Assembly: GCA_031277535.1 (NCBI GenBank)
Contig: JAITMD010000014.1
Span: forward strand, 42,926-106,925
Source of the DNA: Flavobacteriaceae bacterium
Lineage (GTDB): Bacteria > Bacteroidota > Bacteroidia > Flavobacteriales > Flavobacteriaceae
DNA: 64,000 nt
Direction: 5' to 3'
Part shown: positions 38,022 through 47,496 of the stretch, piece by piece
Layout of the letters: every line of letters starts with the position of its first letter
How positions within the stretch are numbered: the first letter of the stretch is position 1
The notes under the pieces: model-generated
Database searches by the model: none
Told to the model about the DNA's origin: nothing
What the model saw: the letters and a program-made list of their open reading frames with translations, nothing else
Made by a program: the position numbers and the translations under genes

Positions 38022-39071
38022 ATGAAGTTATCAAACTTTAATTTTGACTTGCCAAATGAATTGTTGGCAGAGTTCCCTGCAGAGAATAGAGATGAAGCAC
38101 GTTTAATGGTGATTAACCGTAAGGAAGGTACTATTGAGCACAAGCTTTTTAAAGATATTGTTGATTACTTTGGAGAAGGTGATGTAATGGTATTGAACAA
38201 TACAAAAGTATTTCCTGCTCGTTTATATGGTAATAAAGAGAAAACAGGTGCAAGAATCGAAGTGTTTTTACTTAGAGAGTTAAACGCTGAGCAACGCTTA
38301 TGGGATGTATTAGTAGATCCTGCAAGAAAGATTCGTATTGGAAATAAATTATACTTTGGCGATGATGATTCATTAGTGGCTGAGGTAATTGATAATACAA
38401 CATCAAGAGGAAGAACATTGCGTTTCTTATATGATGGTTCGTATGAAGAGTTTAGAGAAAAATTACAAGAATTGGGAGAAACTCCAATTCCTAAGTATAT
38501 CGCTCGTGATGTAGTACCAGAAGATGCTGAAAGATACCAAACAATTTATGCAAAAGAAGAAGGAGCTGTAGCTGCACCAACAGCAGGACTTCACTTCTCT
38601 AAGCATTTGATGAAACGTTTGGAAATCAACGGAATTAAGTTTGCAGAAGTAACTTTACATATTGGATTAGGTACTTTTAATCCAGTAGAAGTAGAGGATT
38701 TATCGAAGCACAAAATGGACTCTGAAGAGATATTTGTTTCTCAAGAGGCTTGTGATATCGTAAATAATGCAAAAGAAAATAAACAAAAGATTTGTGCAGT
38801 TGGTACAACTTGTATGAGAGCTTTGGAAAGTTCAGTTTCGTCTAATCAAACATTAAACCCTTATGTTGGTTGGACAAATAAATTTATTTTCCCTCCTTAT
38901 GACTTTAGTATTGCCAATTGTATGGTAACTAACTTCCATATGCCAAAATCTACTTTGTTAATGATGATTTCTGCATTTTGTGGTCATGATTTAATGATGA
39001 AAGCATATAAAGAAGCAGTAGAAGAGAAATATAAATTCTATTCTTATGGAGATGCAATGTTGATTTTATAA
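38022..39071 (+). CDS. queA: S-adenosylmethionine:tRNA ribosyltransferase-isomerase
   Basis: '[10 protein letters not shown]', 'RYQTIYA', 'AAPTAGLHF', 'VGTT', '[10 protein letters not shown]', 'FYSYGDAM'. Confidence 0.97.
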   Translation: MKLSNFNFDLPNELLAEFPAENRDEARLMVINRKEGTIEHKLFKDIVDYFGEGDVMVLNNTKVFPARLYGNKEKTGARIEVFLLRELNAEQRLWDVLVDPARKIRIGNKLYFGDDDSLVAEVIDNTTSRGRTLRFLYDGSYEEFREKLQELGETPIPKYIARDVVPEDAERYQTIYAKEEGAVAAPTAGLHFSKHLMKRLEINGIKFAEVTLHIGLGTFNPVEVEDLSKHKMDSEEIFVSQEACDIVNNAKENKQKICAVGTTCMRALESSVSSNQTLNPYVGWTNKFIFPPYDFSIANCMVTNFHMPKSTLLMMISAFCGHDLMMKAYKEAVEEKYKFYSYGDAMLIL

Positions 39072-39090
39072 TCACATTAAAAATATAATG

Positions 39091-39123
39091 AAGGACTATC
39101 TTACAAGAGATAGTCCTTTTTTT
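39091..39123 (+). terminator. Terminator of queA
   Basis: aaggactatct...agatagtcctt followed by a T-run. Confidence 0.85.
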
Positions 39124-39147
39124 ATGCGCTTTTGTTTTATGTTTAGA

Positions 39148-39255
39148 GGGGAATGGGTGGAGTATACGTGGAGTATTGTTCGACAAAAGGGGATTCTCCC
39201 CAATCATTCTCCACTGATTGTCCAACAATTGTCCAAGGATTCTCGATTAGCTCCC
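39148..39255. repeat. Degenerate 11-bp-periodic intergenic repeat tract
   Basis: caatcattctc, cactgattgtc, caacaattgtc and caaggattctc in tandem, preceded by ggagtatacgt/ggagtattgtt; central ggggattctcccc hairpin. Confidence 0.65.
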
Positions 39256-39677
39256 TATTTTATTGACTTTAAATAGAAAATGAAAAAAGGGTTTAATATT
39301 TGTTTTTAATGTAATGTACTTATAATGAGTTGTTTGTGTTTTTGTGGTCTTAAAAAAAACAAGATGTTTTTTTGAAAAAATCACTTTTAAAACAATAGAA
39401 TAAGGGTGTTTTAGAAAAAAAATGAACGGAATAAAATGTAAAACGTATTGTTTCTATATTGATTAGGGCAAGATATTAAAAAAAGTAGATCTATTTCTTG
39501 ATGGAGTTATTTTTTATTAGCAATCGAAAGAAGAGAAGGGGATGGCTTTATAGAATAGATATTTTACAAAGTAATGTGTTATTGAAATAGGTGATAAACA
39601 ACTTTGAAGAGTAGTTTTCAATGATGGAGGATTGATATTAAAATCTTATTTTTACCAACACAAACAGAAACAACAAA

Positions 39678-40955
39678 ATGAACTTTCAAAACAGTTTAGC
39701 TTTTGCTCAGCAAATGGATGCGCAAGATGAATTAGCGCATTATAGAGATGCGTTTAATTTTCCAAAAATAAATGGGAAGCAAGCTATTTATTTTACAGGA
39801 AACTCTTTAGGACTTCAACCCAAATGCGCTGTTGATTATGTTAATGAAGTAATGCAAGATTGGGCAGAATTGGCAGTAGAAGGTCATTTTCATGCGAATA
39901 AATCTTGGTGGGATTACCATGAACGTTTTAATGCTCCTTTGAGTAAAATTGTTGGAGCAAAAGAAAATGAGATAACAGTAATGAATACATTAACTGTAAA
40001 TCTTCATTTGATGATGATGACTTTTTATCAACCAACATCTAAACGCTTTAAGATTTTGTGTGAAGAGAAAGCGTTTCCAAGTGATCAATACTTAATTCAG
40101 ACGCAAGTCAAGTTACATGGATTAGATCCTCAAGAAGTGATTGTTGAAGTAAAACGAAGAGCAGGAGAACATAATTTTAGAACAGAAGATATCTTAGCTA
40201 AAATTGATGAGGTAGGTGATGAGTTAGCTTTAGTACTGATGGGAGGATTGAATTACTATACAGGACAAGTGTTGGATATGCAATTAATTACAGCACATGC
40301 ACATCAATATGGTGCTTATGTTGGATGGGATTTAGCGCATGCAGTGGGTAATATAAAAGTAGATTTACATCAATGGAATGTAGATTTTGCTGCTTGGTGT
40401 AGTTATAAGTATATGAATGCTGGACCAGGAAATGCTTCGGGTTGCTTTGTACACGAAAAACATCATACCAATAAAGAACTGGTTCGATTAGGGGGATGGT
40501 GGGGACATAATAAAGAACGTCGTTTTTTGATGGAACCAAATTATCAACCTATAGAGAGTGCACATGGTTGGCAGATAAGCAATCCGTCTATTTTAGCATT
40601 GGCTCCTTATTTGGCATCTGTGGAAATGTTTGATGAAGTGGGGATGGATAAATTGTGTGAGAAAAGAGATTTGATTACTGCTTATTTAGTTTATATTTTA
40701 GAAGAGGTGGCAAGTGAGGTTGGAGGAGATTTTGAATTGATAACACCTAAAGAAATAGATCAGAGAGGAAGTCAAATATCGGTTCTGTTGCACGGAGAGG
40801 GGAGAGAGTTGTTTAATTATTTGATGAAAAAGGGAGTGATTGTTGATTGGAGAGAACCTAATGTGATTCGATTAGCCCCTGTACCTTTTTATACTTCTTT
40901 TGAAGATGTATATTCTTTTGGAGTGTTATTAAAAGAAGGAATAAAAACCAAATAG
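39678..40955 (+). CDS. kynU: Kynureninase
   Basis: 'YFTGNSLGLQP', 'FPSDQY', 'WDLAHAVGN', PLP-Lys motif 'WCSYKYMNAGPG', 'GWQISNP'. Confidence 0.95.
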   Translation: MNFQNSLAFAQQMDAQDELAHYRDAFNFPKINGKQAIYFTGNSLGLQPKCAVDYVNEVMQDWAELAVEGHFHANKSWWDYHERFNAPLSKIVGAKENEITVMNTLTVNLHLMMMTFYQPTSKRFKILCEEKAFPSDQYLIQTQVKLHGLDPQEVIVEVKRRAGEHNFRTEDILAKIDEVGDELALVLMGGLNYYTGQVLDMQLITAHAHQYGAYVGWDLAHAVGNIKVDLHQWNVDFAAWCSYKYMNAGPGNASGCFVHEKHHTNKELVRLGGWWGHNKERRFLMEPNYQPIESAHGWQISNPSILALAPYLASVEMFDEVGMDKLCEKRDLITAYLVYILEEVASEVGGDFELITPKEIDQRGSQISVLLHGEGRELFNYLMKKGVIVDWREPNVIRLAPVPFYTSFEDVYSFGVLLKEGIKTK

Positions 40956-41079
40956 AAAGTAGGAATTAGAGTAGTAAGAAATGCAGTAGAGAAGACGATT
41001 GACAAGTTTTTGTTATGTGTTTTTTCTTAATTTGGGTTTCAGTAATATAATTTTAAATTTGCAAAAAAAATATAGATAT

Positions 41080-42165
41080 ATGTCAACAAAACAAGCTAAG
41101 ATAGAAAGCTTCGATCCTTCTCAACCAGGATTAGCAGATGCTACAATATATGGTTTACCATTTACAGCAGAAGAGAGCGAGATTGTTATTGTACCAGTGC
41201 CATGGGAAGTAACAGTTAGTTATGGAGCAGGTGCATCTGAAGGACCTGAAACAATTTTAGAAGCGTCGTATCAAGTAGATTTGTTACACCAAGAATATCC
41301 AGAATTATGGAAATTGGGAATCTTTTTTGATGAAGTACCAAGCCATTGGATGGAAAAGAGTAAAGAATACAAAGCCTTAGCACAACCAATTATTGAAGTG
41401 TTGGAAAACGGTGAGGCAGTGGAGGATTATCCTGCTTTAAAAGCTGATTTGGATAAAATTAATGCAGCATGTGATACACTACATAAAGAAGTAGAAGCAC
41501 GTGTGTCTGAATGGATGGCTAAAGGAAAAAGAGTTGTTTTGTTAGGAGGTGATCACAGTACTCCTCTTGGATATTATAAAGCATTGGCAAAACATCACGA
41601 TTCATTTGGTATTTTACATTTTGATGCACATATGGATTTAAGAGATGCTTATGAAGGATTTACATATTCTCATGCATCTATTATGTTTAACACATTAAAA
41701 TTATCTCAAATAGAAAAAATCGTTCAAGTTGGGATTAGAGATTTTTGTGAACAAGAAGTAGCAGTAGTTCAAGGGTCTAATGGACGTGTGTTAGTTCATA
41801 CAGATGCAGATTTGAAGAAAGATGAATTTGAAGGAGTAATCTGGAAAGATAAATGTGATCAGATTATTGCTTCATTACCACAAAAAGTGGCGATTTCTTT
41901 TGACATTGATGCTTTATTGCCTTGGTATTGTCCAAATACAGGAACACCAGTACCAGGAGGATTAACATTTGAACAAGCTACTTACATGATTACTAAATTA
42001 TCTGAGAGTGGAAAAGATATTATAGGAATGGATTTGGTAGAGGTAGCTCCAGGAGAAGATGATTGGGATGGAAATGTAGGTGCAAGGTTGTTATTCCATA
42101 TGTGTGGAGCATTTGCAAAAGCACAAGGCTTGGCAGTAGGAGAGAAACTTGTGTTTAAAAAATAA
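41080..42165 (+). CDS. Agmatinase / ureohydrolase family protein
   Basis: 'GGDHS', 'HFDAHMDLRD', 'SFDIDAL', 'TGTPVPGGL', 'DLVEV'; start 41080 lies downstream of TAAATTTG (41054-41061). Confidence 0.88.
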   Translation: MSTKQAKIESFDPSQPGLADATIYGLPFTAEESEIVIVPVPWEVTVSYGAGASEGPETILEASYQVDLLHQEYPELWKLGIFFDEVPSHWMEKSKEYKALAQPIIEVLENGEAVEDYPALKADLDKINAACDTLHKEVEARVSEWMAKGKRVVLLGGDHSTPLGYYKALAKHHDSFGILHFDAHMDLRDAYEGFTYSHASIMFNTLKLSQIEKIVQVGIRDFCEQEVAVVQGSNGRVLVHTDADLKKDEFEGVIWKDKCDQIIASLPQKVAISFDIDALLPWYCPNTGTPVPGGLTFEQATYMITKLSESGKDIIGMDLVEVAPGEDDWDGNVGARLLFHMCGAFAKAQGLAVGEKLVFKK

Positions 42166-42181
42166 AACGAAGAATATAGAG

Positions 42182-42206
42182 AATCCCCTAAATAGGGGAT
42201 TTTTTT
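42182..42206 (+). terminator. Terminator after agmatinase-family gene
   Basis: aatccccta-aa-taggggatt followed by a T-run. Confidence 0.8.
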
Positions 42207-42276
42207 GTAGGTATTAATTAAGTGTAAAATCTTATTTTTGGCAATTGATGACAAAAAGTTAAAAACAGAAACACAC

Positions 42277-43632
42277 ATGAAAAGTATTGGAATTGTTGGA
42301 AGTGGATTAGTAGGAATTACTTTAGCTATTGGATTAAAAGAAAGAGGGTATAATGTAGTGGTTTATGATAAAAGTAAAGATATTAGAACGATTGATTTTT
42401 CTGGACGTTCTATTAATTTGGCTTTGTCGCATCGAGGATGGCGTACGATGCAACAGGTAGGAATTGCTAAAGAGATTGAACATTTAGCGATTCCAATGTA
42501 TCAACGTGAAATACATAAAGTAAATCAAGATTCTGAATATCAGCCTTATGGATTGAATGGTGAAAGTATTTGGGCTATTTCAAGAGGTGATTTAAACAAA
42601 GAATTGGTTTCTATAGCCATGAAGAAAGGAGTTAAGTTTCAGTTTGAAACGGCTGTTTATGATGTTGATTTAGAAAATGCTACTATATATATAGGAGAGA
42701 GCGAGGCAGGAGCGTGGCAAACTATTCAACATGATTTTGTTTTTGGAGCAGATGGTGCTTATTCAAAAATAAGAAATAGAATGCAACGCCATAGTAGATT
42801 TGATTATCAACAACATTATTTATCTATAGGATACAAAGAGTTGGTAATGCCAAGTAAGGATAATCAAGGCACACATCAATTAGCCCCTAATAGTTTTCAT
42901 ATTTGGCCAAGAAAAGATTTTATGTTGATTGCTTTAGCTAATATAGATGGATCTTTCACTTGTACTTTGTTTATGCCTTTTGAAGGCGATATTTCATTCG
43001 AAAATATTCAGACTCAGGATGAGATAGTGAAGTTTTTTGAGAATTATTTTCCTGATGCTTTAAGTTTGGTACCGAATTTGGTTGATATGTATCAAAACAA
43101 TCCAGTGAATTCTTTAGTAACGATGAAATGTTTTCCTTGGATATATAAAGATAAAGTAGCTTTGATTGGTGATGCAGCACACGCTATTGTACCTTTTTAT
43201 GGGCAAGGATTAAATGCGGGATTAGAAGATGTATATGTTTTGTTGAATTTATTGGATGAGGAAAAGTTACTTTCAGAAGATGTTTTGAAGCGTTATCAGA
43301 AAGATAGAAAAGAAAATGGAGATGCTATAGCAGAACTTTCTTATCGAAATTTTGAAGAAATGAGTACGCATACAGGAGATAAAATGTTCTTGTTGCGAAA
43401 GAAAATTGAAGTTTCTTTTGCTAAAAAGTACCCAAGTATGTGGTTACCTTTATATGATAGAGTTACTTTTAGTTCTAATTCATATGCAGAAGCCTTGAAA
43501 TATGGAGACATACAACGACATATTATGGATAAAATTATGCAGATGAAAGATATTGAAATCTTATGGGAGCAGGCTAAAGAAGAGGTAGAACAAGCAATTG
43601 TTAGTGAGATTAAGCAGATTGAATTATTGTGA
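42277..43632 (+). CDS. kmo: Kynurenine 3-monooxygenase
   Basis: FAD motif 'IVGSGLVG'; 'GRSINLALSHRG'; 'FGADGAYS'; 'HIWPR'; 'GDAAHAIVPFYGQG.NAG.ED'; start placed after TATTTTTG (42233-42240). Confidence 0.92.
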   Translation: MKSIGIVGSGLVGITLAIGLKERGYNVVVYDKSKDIRTIDFSGRSINLALSHRGWRTMQQVGIAKEIEHLAIPMYQREIHKVNQDSEYQPYGLNGESIWAISRGDLNKELVSIAMKKGVKFQFETAVYDVDLENATIYIGESEAGAWQTIQHDFVFGADGAYSKIRNRMQRHSRFDYQQHYLSIGYKELVMPSKDNQGTHQLAPNSFHIWPRKDFMLIALANIDGSFTCTLFMPFEGDISFENIQTQDEIVKFFENYFPDALSLVPNLVDMYQNNPVNSLVTMKCFPWIYKDKVALIGDAAHAIVPFYGQGLNAGLEDVYVLLNLLDEEKLLSEDVLKRYQKDRKENGDAIAELSYRNFEEMSTHTGDKMFLLRKKIEVSFAKKYPSMWLPLYDRVTFSSNSYAEALKYGDIQRHIMDKIMQMKDIEILWEQAKEEVEQAIVSEIKQIELL

Positions 43633-43946
43633 TTTAGAATGGTGTTTGTTTTGTAAATTGAATAAAACGCAATAAAGGGTTAAAAAAAAGTATTTTGAAT
43701 GCCTAATTAATAGTAAAGTATGATGAATTGTTCAGAATTATTGATAAATAGGTTTTTAGTTTAGAGTTAAGTGTTAAATGTAATGAACGGGAGAAATAAT
43801 TAGTGATTTATTCGTTTAGACTTTATATCTTTACTTTTACTTAACAATTTCTTCATACTGTGAAGGTATAAGATTTTTTTAATGTTAAATCAAATGATGA
43901 GTTTTTAAAAAAAGCATTTTTAATTTTTTTATTTAATGTAAAAACA

Positions 43947-43954
43947 TAAATTTG
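43947..43954 (+). promoter_or_regulatory. -7 element (TAAATTTG) for the exbB operon
   Basis: TAnnTTTG match upstream of exbB. Confidence 0.55.
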
Positions 43955-44026
43955 CGACTCTCATCATTAAGAAAAGAGAAAAAGTAATAAGTAATAATTG
44001 AAAAAAAAGAATTAAATTTTAAAAAG

Positions 44027-44863
44027 ATGACAAACGTATCAAACGAATCAGTTGAAAAAGTAGGGTCAAGCTCAGGAGCAAGTAGATTATTTGCATCATT
44101 AGCAGTTTTATTATGTTTAGTATTTGGATTTATCATTTGGAAATTTGTGATGGGTAATCCAGCTAACTTCGAAAATGGAGACCCAAATAATCATCCTCTA
44201 CCAGGAAACTTTTTAGGAATGGTTTACAAAGGAGGTATCGTAGTAGCAGCTTTGATTGGTTTATTGACTATGACAGTTGTTTTCTCATTAGAGAGATTTG
44301 CTGTAATTTCTAAAGCAGCAGGAAAAGGTGAAGTAGGTAAATTCGTTCAAGAGATTCAAGTGTCTATCAACGCTGGAAAAATTGAAGAAGCTATGGAAGC
44401 TTGTGATGCACAACAAGGATCAGTTGCAAATGTTGTAAGAGCTGGTTTGGTTAAGTATCAAGAAATGAAAAAAGAAGGATACACAAGCGAAGAAGCTACT
44501 GAAGCTATCCAAAAAGAAATCGAAGAAGCTACAACATTAGAGATGCCAATGTTGGAGAAAAATATGATTGTATTAGCTACTTTAGTATCAATCGGTACAT
44601 TAGTAGGATTATTAGGAACAGTAACAGGTATGATTAAAGCGTTCTCTGCTTTAGCTACAGCTGGTACTCCAGATTCAACAGCGTTATCTGCAAGTATTTC
44701 AGAAGCGTTAACTTGTACAGCTACAGGTATTGGTACTTCTACATTAGCTATTGTAATGTATAATACATTTACTACTAAAATTGATAGATTAACTTATTCA
44801 ATCGACGAAGCAGGTTTTGCAATCACTCAGTCTTACAGAAAGTTCAGAGGATTATCAAAATAG
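44027..44863 (+). CDS. exbB: MotA/TolQ/ExbB proton channel family protein
   Basis: 'LATLVSIGTLVGLLGTVTGMIKAF', 'ISEALTCTATGI'. Confidence 0.92.
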   Translation: MTNVSNESVEKVGSSSGASRLFASLAVLLCLVFGFIIWKFVMGNPANFENGDPNNHPLPGNFLGMVYKGGIVVAALIGLLTMTVVFSLERFAVISKAAGKGEVGKFVQEIQVSINAGKIEEAMEACDAQQGSVANVVRAGLVKYQEMKKEGYTSEEATEAIQKEIEEATTLEMPMLEKNMIVLATLVSIGTLVGLLGTVTGMIKAFSALATAGTPDSTALSASISEALTCTATGIGTSTLAIVMYNTFTTKIDRLTYSIDEAGFAITQSYRKFRGLSK

Positions 44864-44921
44864 TTTTTAGAGGAATAAGAATAACAAGCTAATATTAATG
44901 TTAGCCTAAATAAATCAATCA

Positions 44922-45548
44922 ATGAGTAAAGGTAAAATGAAAAAGAATAGTATGAGAGTGGATATGACCGCGATGTGTGACGTGTCATTCCTTCTTTTAA
45001 CATTCTTCGTATTGACTTCTACTGCTAAAATGCCAGAACCATTGCCAGTTGATACTCCAAGCTCTACAGTACAAACTAAATTGCCTGAAAGTAATTTAGC
45101 TACTTTAACAATTGGAGGGGATAAAGGAAATAAAGTGTTCTTTGGGGTTTTAGGTAAAGAAGATCGTATTGCCACTCTTGAAAAGATGGGTGAGCGATAT
45201 AATATCGATTTTAATGATCAAGAAAAAAAAGTTTTCTCTTATTTAGAAGGTATAGGTACACCTATGCAAGACTTGAAAAAATTCTTGAATCTTCCACCTG
45301 AAGTTAGAAATAAAGTAAGTGCAAAGGAACCTGGTGTTCCGATGGACTCTTTAAATAACCAATTGTCAGACTGGGTTGAGATGGCTCGTACCGTTACTAA
45401 AGAGAAGTATAACAGAGTTCTTGATGTTGCAATAAAAGGGGATGCTGACGCAAACTACCCTGCAGTCAAAAAAGTAATAGATATGTTACAAAAGCAACGT
45501 GTTAATAAATTCTTTTTAGTTACAGGACTTAGAAATGAAGAGTTTTAA
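44922..45548 (+). CDS. exbD: ExbD/TolR family protein (copy 1)
   Basis: 'RVDMTAMCDVSFLLLTFF' with the conserved TM Asp; 'IKGDADANY'. Confidence 0.9.
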   Translation: MSKGKMKKNSMRVDMTAMCDVSFLLLTFFVLTSTAKMPEPLPVDTPSSTVQTKLPESNLATLTIGGDKGNKVFFGVLGKEDRIATLEKMGERYNIDFNDQEKKVFSYLEGIGTPMQDLKKFLNLPPEVRNKVSAKEPGVPMDSLNNQLSDWVEMARTVTKEKYNRVLDVAIKGDADANYPAVKKVIDMLQKQRVNKFFLVTGLRNEEF

Positions 45549-45570
45549 TCATTAAAAAAGGAAACTGTAA

Positions 45571-46116
45571 ATGGCAGAATTAAATACAGGCGGTGGCGAC
45601 AGCAATGGTAAAAAGGTAAGAAGTAAAAAACAAAACGCAGGAGTTGACTTAACAGCGATGGTGGATTTGGCTTTCTTATTGATTACTTTCTTTATGTTGA
45701 CAACGTCAATGAACAAACCTCAGTCTATGAATCTTGCAATGCCTGACAAGGATGTTGAAAAAACAGAAGATACAGCGACTAAGGTTGATGAGAACCGTAC
45801 GATGACAGTTTTGTTGGGCGGGGATAGTAAAATTAAATGGTATATGGGAATGCCAGGTACTCCATTAGAAGGTCCTTCTGACCAAACTTATGGTAAAGCT
45901 GGAATTCGCCAATTGCTATTAGAGAAGAATAAGAAAGCACAAGCTTATTCTGGTAAAGAAGATGAAGGTTTAATTGTTATTATCAAAGCAAGTGAAAGTG
46001 CTACTTACCGTAATATGATTGACATCTTAGATGAGATGGCTATTACAGGAATTAAAGCTTATGCTTTGGTTGATATTAGCAAGGATGACTTGAAAATATT
46101 AGGAGAAGAAAAATAA
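45571..46116 (+). CDS. exbD: ExbD/TolR family protein (copy 2)
   Basis: 'VDLTAMVDLAFLLITFFMLTT' with the conserved TM Asp; 'ATYRNMIDILDEM'. Confidence 0.9.
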   Translation: MAELNTGGGDSNGKKVRSKKQNAGVDLTAMVDLAFLLITFFMLTTSMNKPQSMNLAMPDKDVEKTEDTATKVDENRTMTVLLGGDSKIKWYMGMPGTPLEGPSDQTYGKAGIRQLLLEKNKKAQAYSGKEDEGLIVIIKASESATYRNMIDILDEMAITGIKAYALVDISKDDLKILGEEK

Positions 46117-46135
46117 CGTCCTTAAAAATAAAAAT

Positions 46136-46996
46136 ATGTCAAAATTAAATATCTTTAAAAAAGATTGGGTTGATATCATTTTCGAAGGACGTAATAAGTC
46201 TTACGGAGCTTATCAATTAAGATCTGAAAATCCTAAAGTAACAACAAGGTCTCTATTTGCAGGTATTGCTTTATTCGGATTAGCTATTGCATCGCCAATG
46301 TTAATTGATATAGCAAAAGGTACATTTGGAGACAATAAGGTGGATAAATTTGATGAAACTTTAGAAATGAAGGAAATTGAATTACCAAAAGATTTACCAC
46401 CACCACCTCCACCACCAGTAGAGGATACACCACCACCTCCACCACCAGTGGAAGACGTGAAATCTATTAACGATACTAAGAAATTTACTGAACCTGAAAT
46501 TGCTAAGAAAGAGGATGTAAAACAAGAAATCGCTAAACAAGAAGATTTTAAGAAAGACGTTGAAGTAGGAGGTAAAGATCAAAAAGGTGATCCGACAGCC
46601 GGTGAGGTGAAAATCAAGGACAAAACTGGAGAAGGTGATGCCCGCGAGAAAAAAGAAGGTCCAAGTGGAAATGGGCCTGATAATACAGTATTCATTGCGG
46701 TTCAAGTTCCAGCTGAATTCCCTGGAGGAATGGCGAAGTTCAATCAACAGTTCGTTTCTCGTTTCCGTGCTCCTGATATGGATGCAGGAACTAAGGCAAT
46801 TAGAGTTATTGTTATGTTTATCGTTGAAAGAGACGGTTCGTTAACAGATATCAAAGTTGTTAGAGATCCAGGATTTGGAGCAGGTAAAGAAGCAGTACGT
46901 GTACTGTCTGGTATGCCAAAATGGAAAGCAGCTGAGCAAAACGGTCAAAAAGTTAGATCTCAGTTTACATTACCTATTACAATTCAAGTACAATAA
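46136..46996 (+). CDS. tonB: TonB family energy transducer
   Basis: 'YGAYQLR' N-terminus, TM anchor, Pro-rich spacer, TonB_C domain 'AEFPGG...KWKAAEQNGQKVR..FTLPI'. Confidence 0.92.
   Translation: MSKLNIFKKDWVDIIFEGRNKSYGAYQLRSENPKVTTRSLFAGIALFGLAIASPMLIDIAKGTFGDNKVDKFDETLEMKEIELPKDLPPPPPPPVEDTPPPPPPVEDVKSINDTKKFTEPEIAKKEDVKQEIAKQEDFKKDVEVGGKDQKGDPTAGEVKIKDKTGEGDAREKKEGPSGNGPDNTVFIAVQVPAEFPGGMAKFNQQFVSRFRAPDMDAGTKAIRVIVMFIVERDGSLTDIKVVRDPGFGAGKEAVRVLSGMPKWKAAEQNGQKVRSQFTLPITIQVQ
46399..46456 (+). repeat. 30-bp tandem duplication encoding PPPPPPVED twice in TonB
   Basis: accaccacctccaccaccagt(a/g)ga(g/a)ga repeated at 46399 and 46429. Confidence 0.8.
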
Positions 46997-46997
46997 T

Positions 46998-47207
46998 ATG
47001 CTTAGTAATAAGTTTAGACAGAAATCGCCTTTAGAGCGATTTCTGTTCGTTTTTGGGCTATTGTTTTTTGCCTTGTATTTAGGTTTAGGCATTATGTTTA
47101 TAGTATGGAAGGACATGCCTTTGACTATTGATTATACGAATAGGATTTTGTTTGGAGTACTATTGATTGCATATTCAATCTTTAGATTTTATAGATTGAG
47201 AAATTAA
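46998..47207 (+). CDS. Small two-TM membrane protein (69 aa)
   Basis: ATG one base after the tonB stop; MLSNKFRQKSPLERFLFVFG...; the ORF-track start at 46857 overlaps tonB. Confidence 0.75.
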   Translation: MLSNKFRQKSPLERFLFVFGLLFFALYLGLGIMFIVWKDMPLTIDYTNRILFGVLLIAYSIFRFYRLRN

Positions 47208-47210
47208 TAT

Positions 47211-47238
47211 AAGAGTCGCTTTTTAAGCGACTTTTTTT
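47211..47238 (+). terminator. Terminator after exbB-exbD-exbD-tonB-small TM
   Basis: agtcgct-tttta-agcgact followed by a T-run. Confidence 0.75.
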
Positions 47239-47496
47239 ATTTATACGAATGTTCTAAAAGTATAGCAAGAGGTGTATATGTTGTATTTTGTATTGTGTTT
47301 TATTGTTAGAATAGGAGTGTATCTGTTTTGTAGTATGTATTATAATATGTCTTTTGGTGTTTAATTTATATTATACGAGTGTTTTTTTTGTAGTTTATTC
47401 GATATTGTTAAAACTTCTTTCTTTTTTTCTTATAACAGTAATTTATTTACCTTTAGAGAATATAATATTTAGAGAATAATAAGTTTATTTTTTGAG

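Noticed and set aside
18811-39255. The two periodic tracts as CRISPR arrays
   Set aside because: Units are 11 bp, degenerate and contiguous, with no unique spacers and no cas genes
39088-39276. 62-aa plus-strand ORF after queA
   Set aside because: It starts inside the queA terminator and runs through the repeat tract
39277-39677. Trp-rich leader peptide or attenuator upstream of kynU
   Set aside because: The short ORFs I inspected contain no Trp codons, and no terminator/antiterminator pair is visible
46857-46997. Longer 116-aa version of the small TM gene
   Set aside because: The extension overlaps the tonB C-terminus in another frame; the ATG at 46998 fits translational coupling
47240-47496. 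TG-rich low-complexity spacer as a repeat element
   Set aside because: No stable unit or period could be defined by eye
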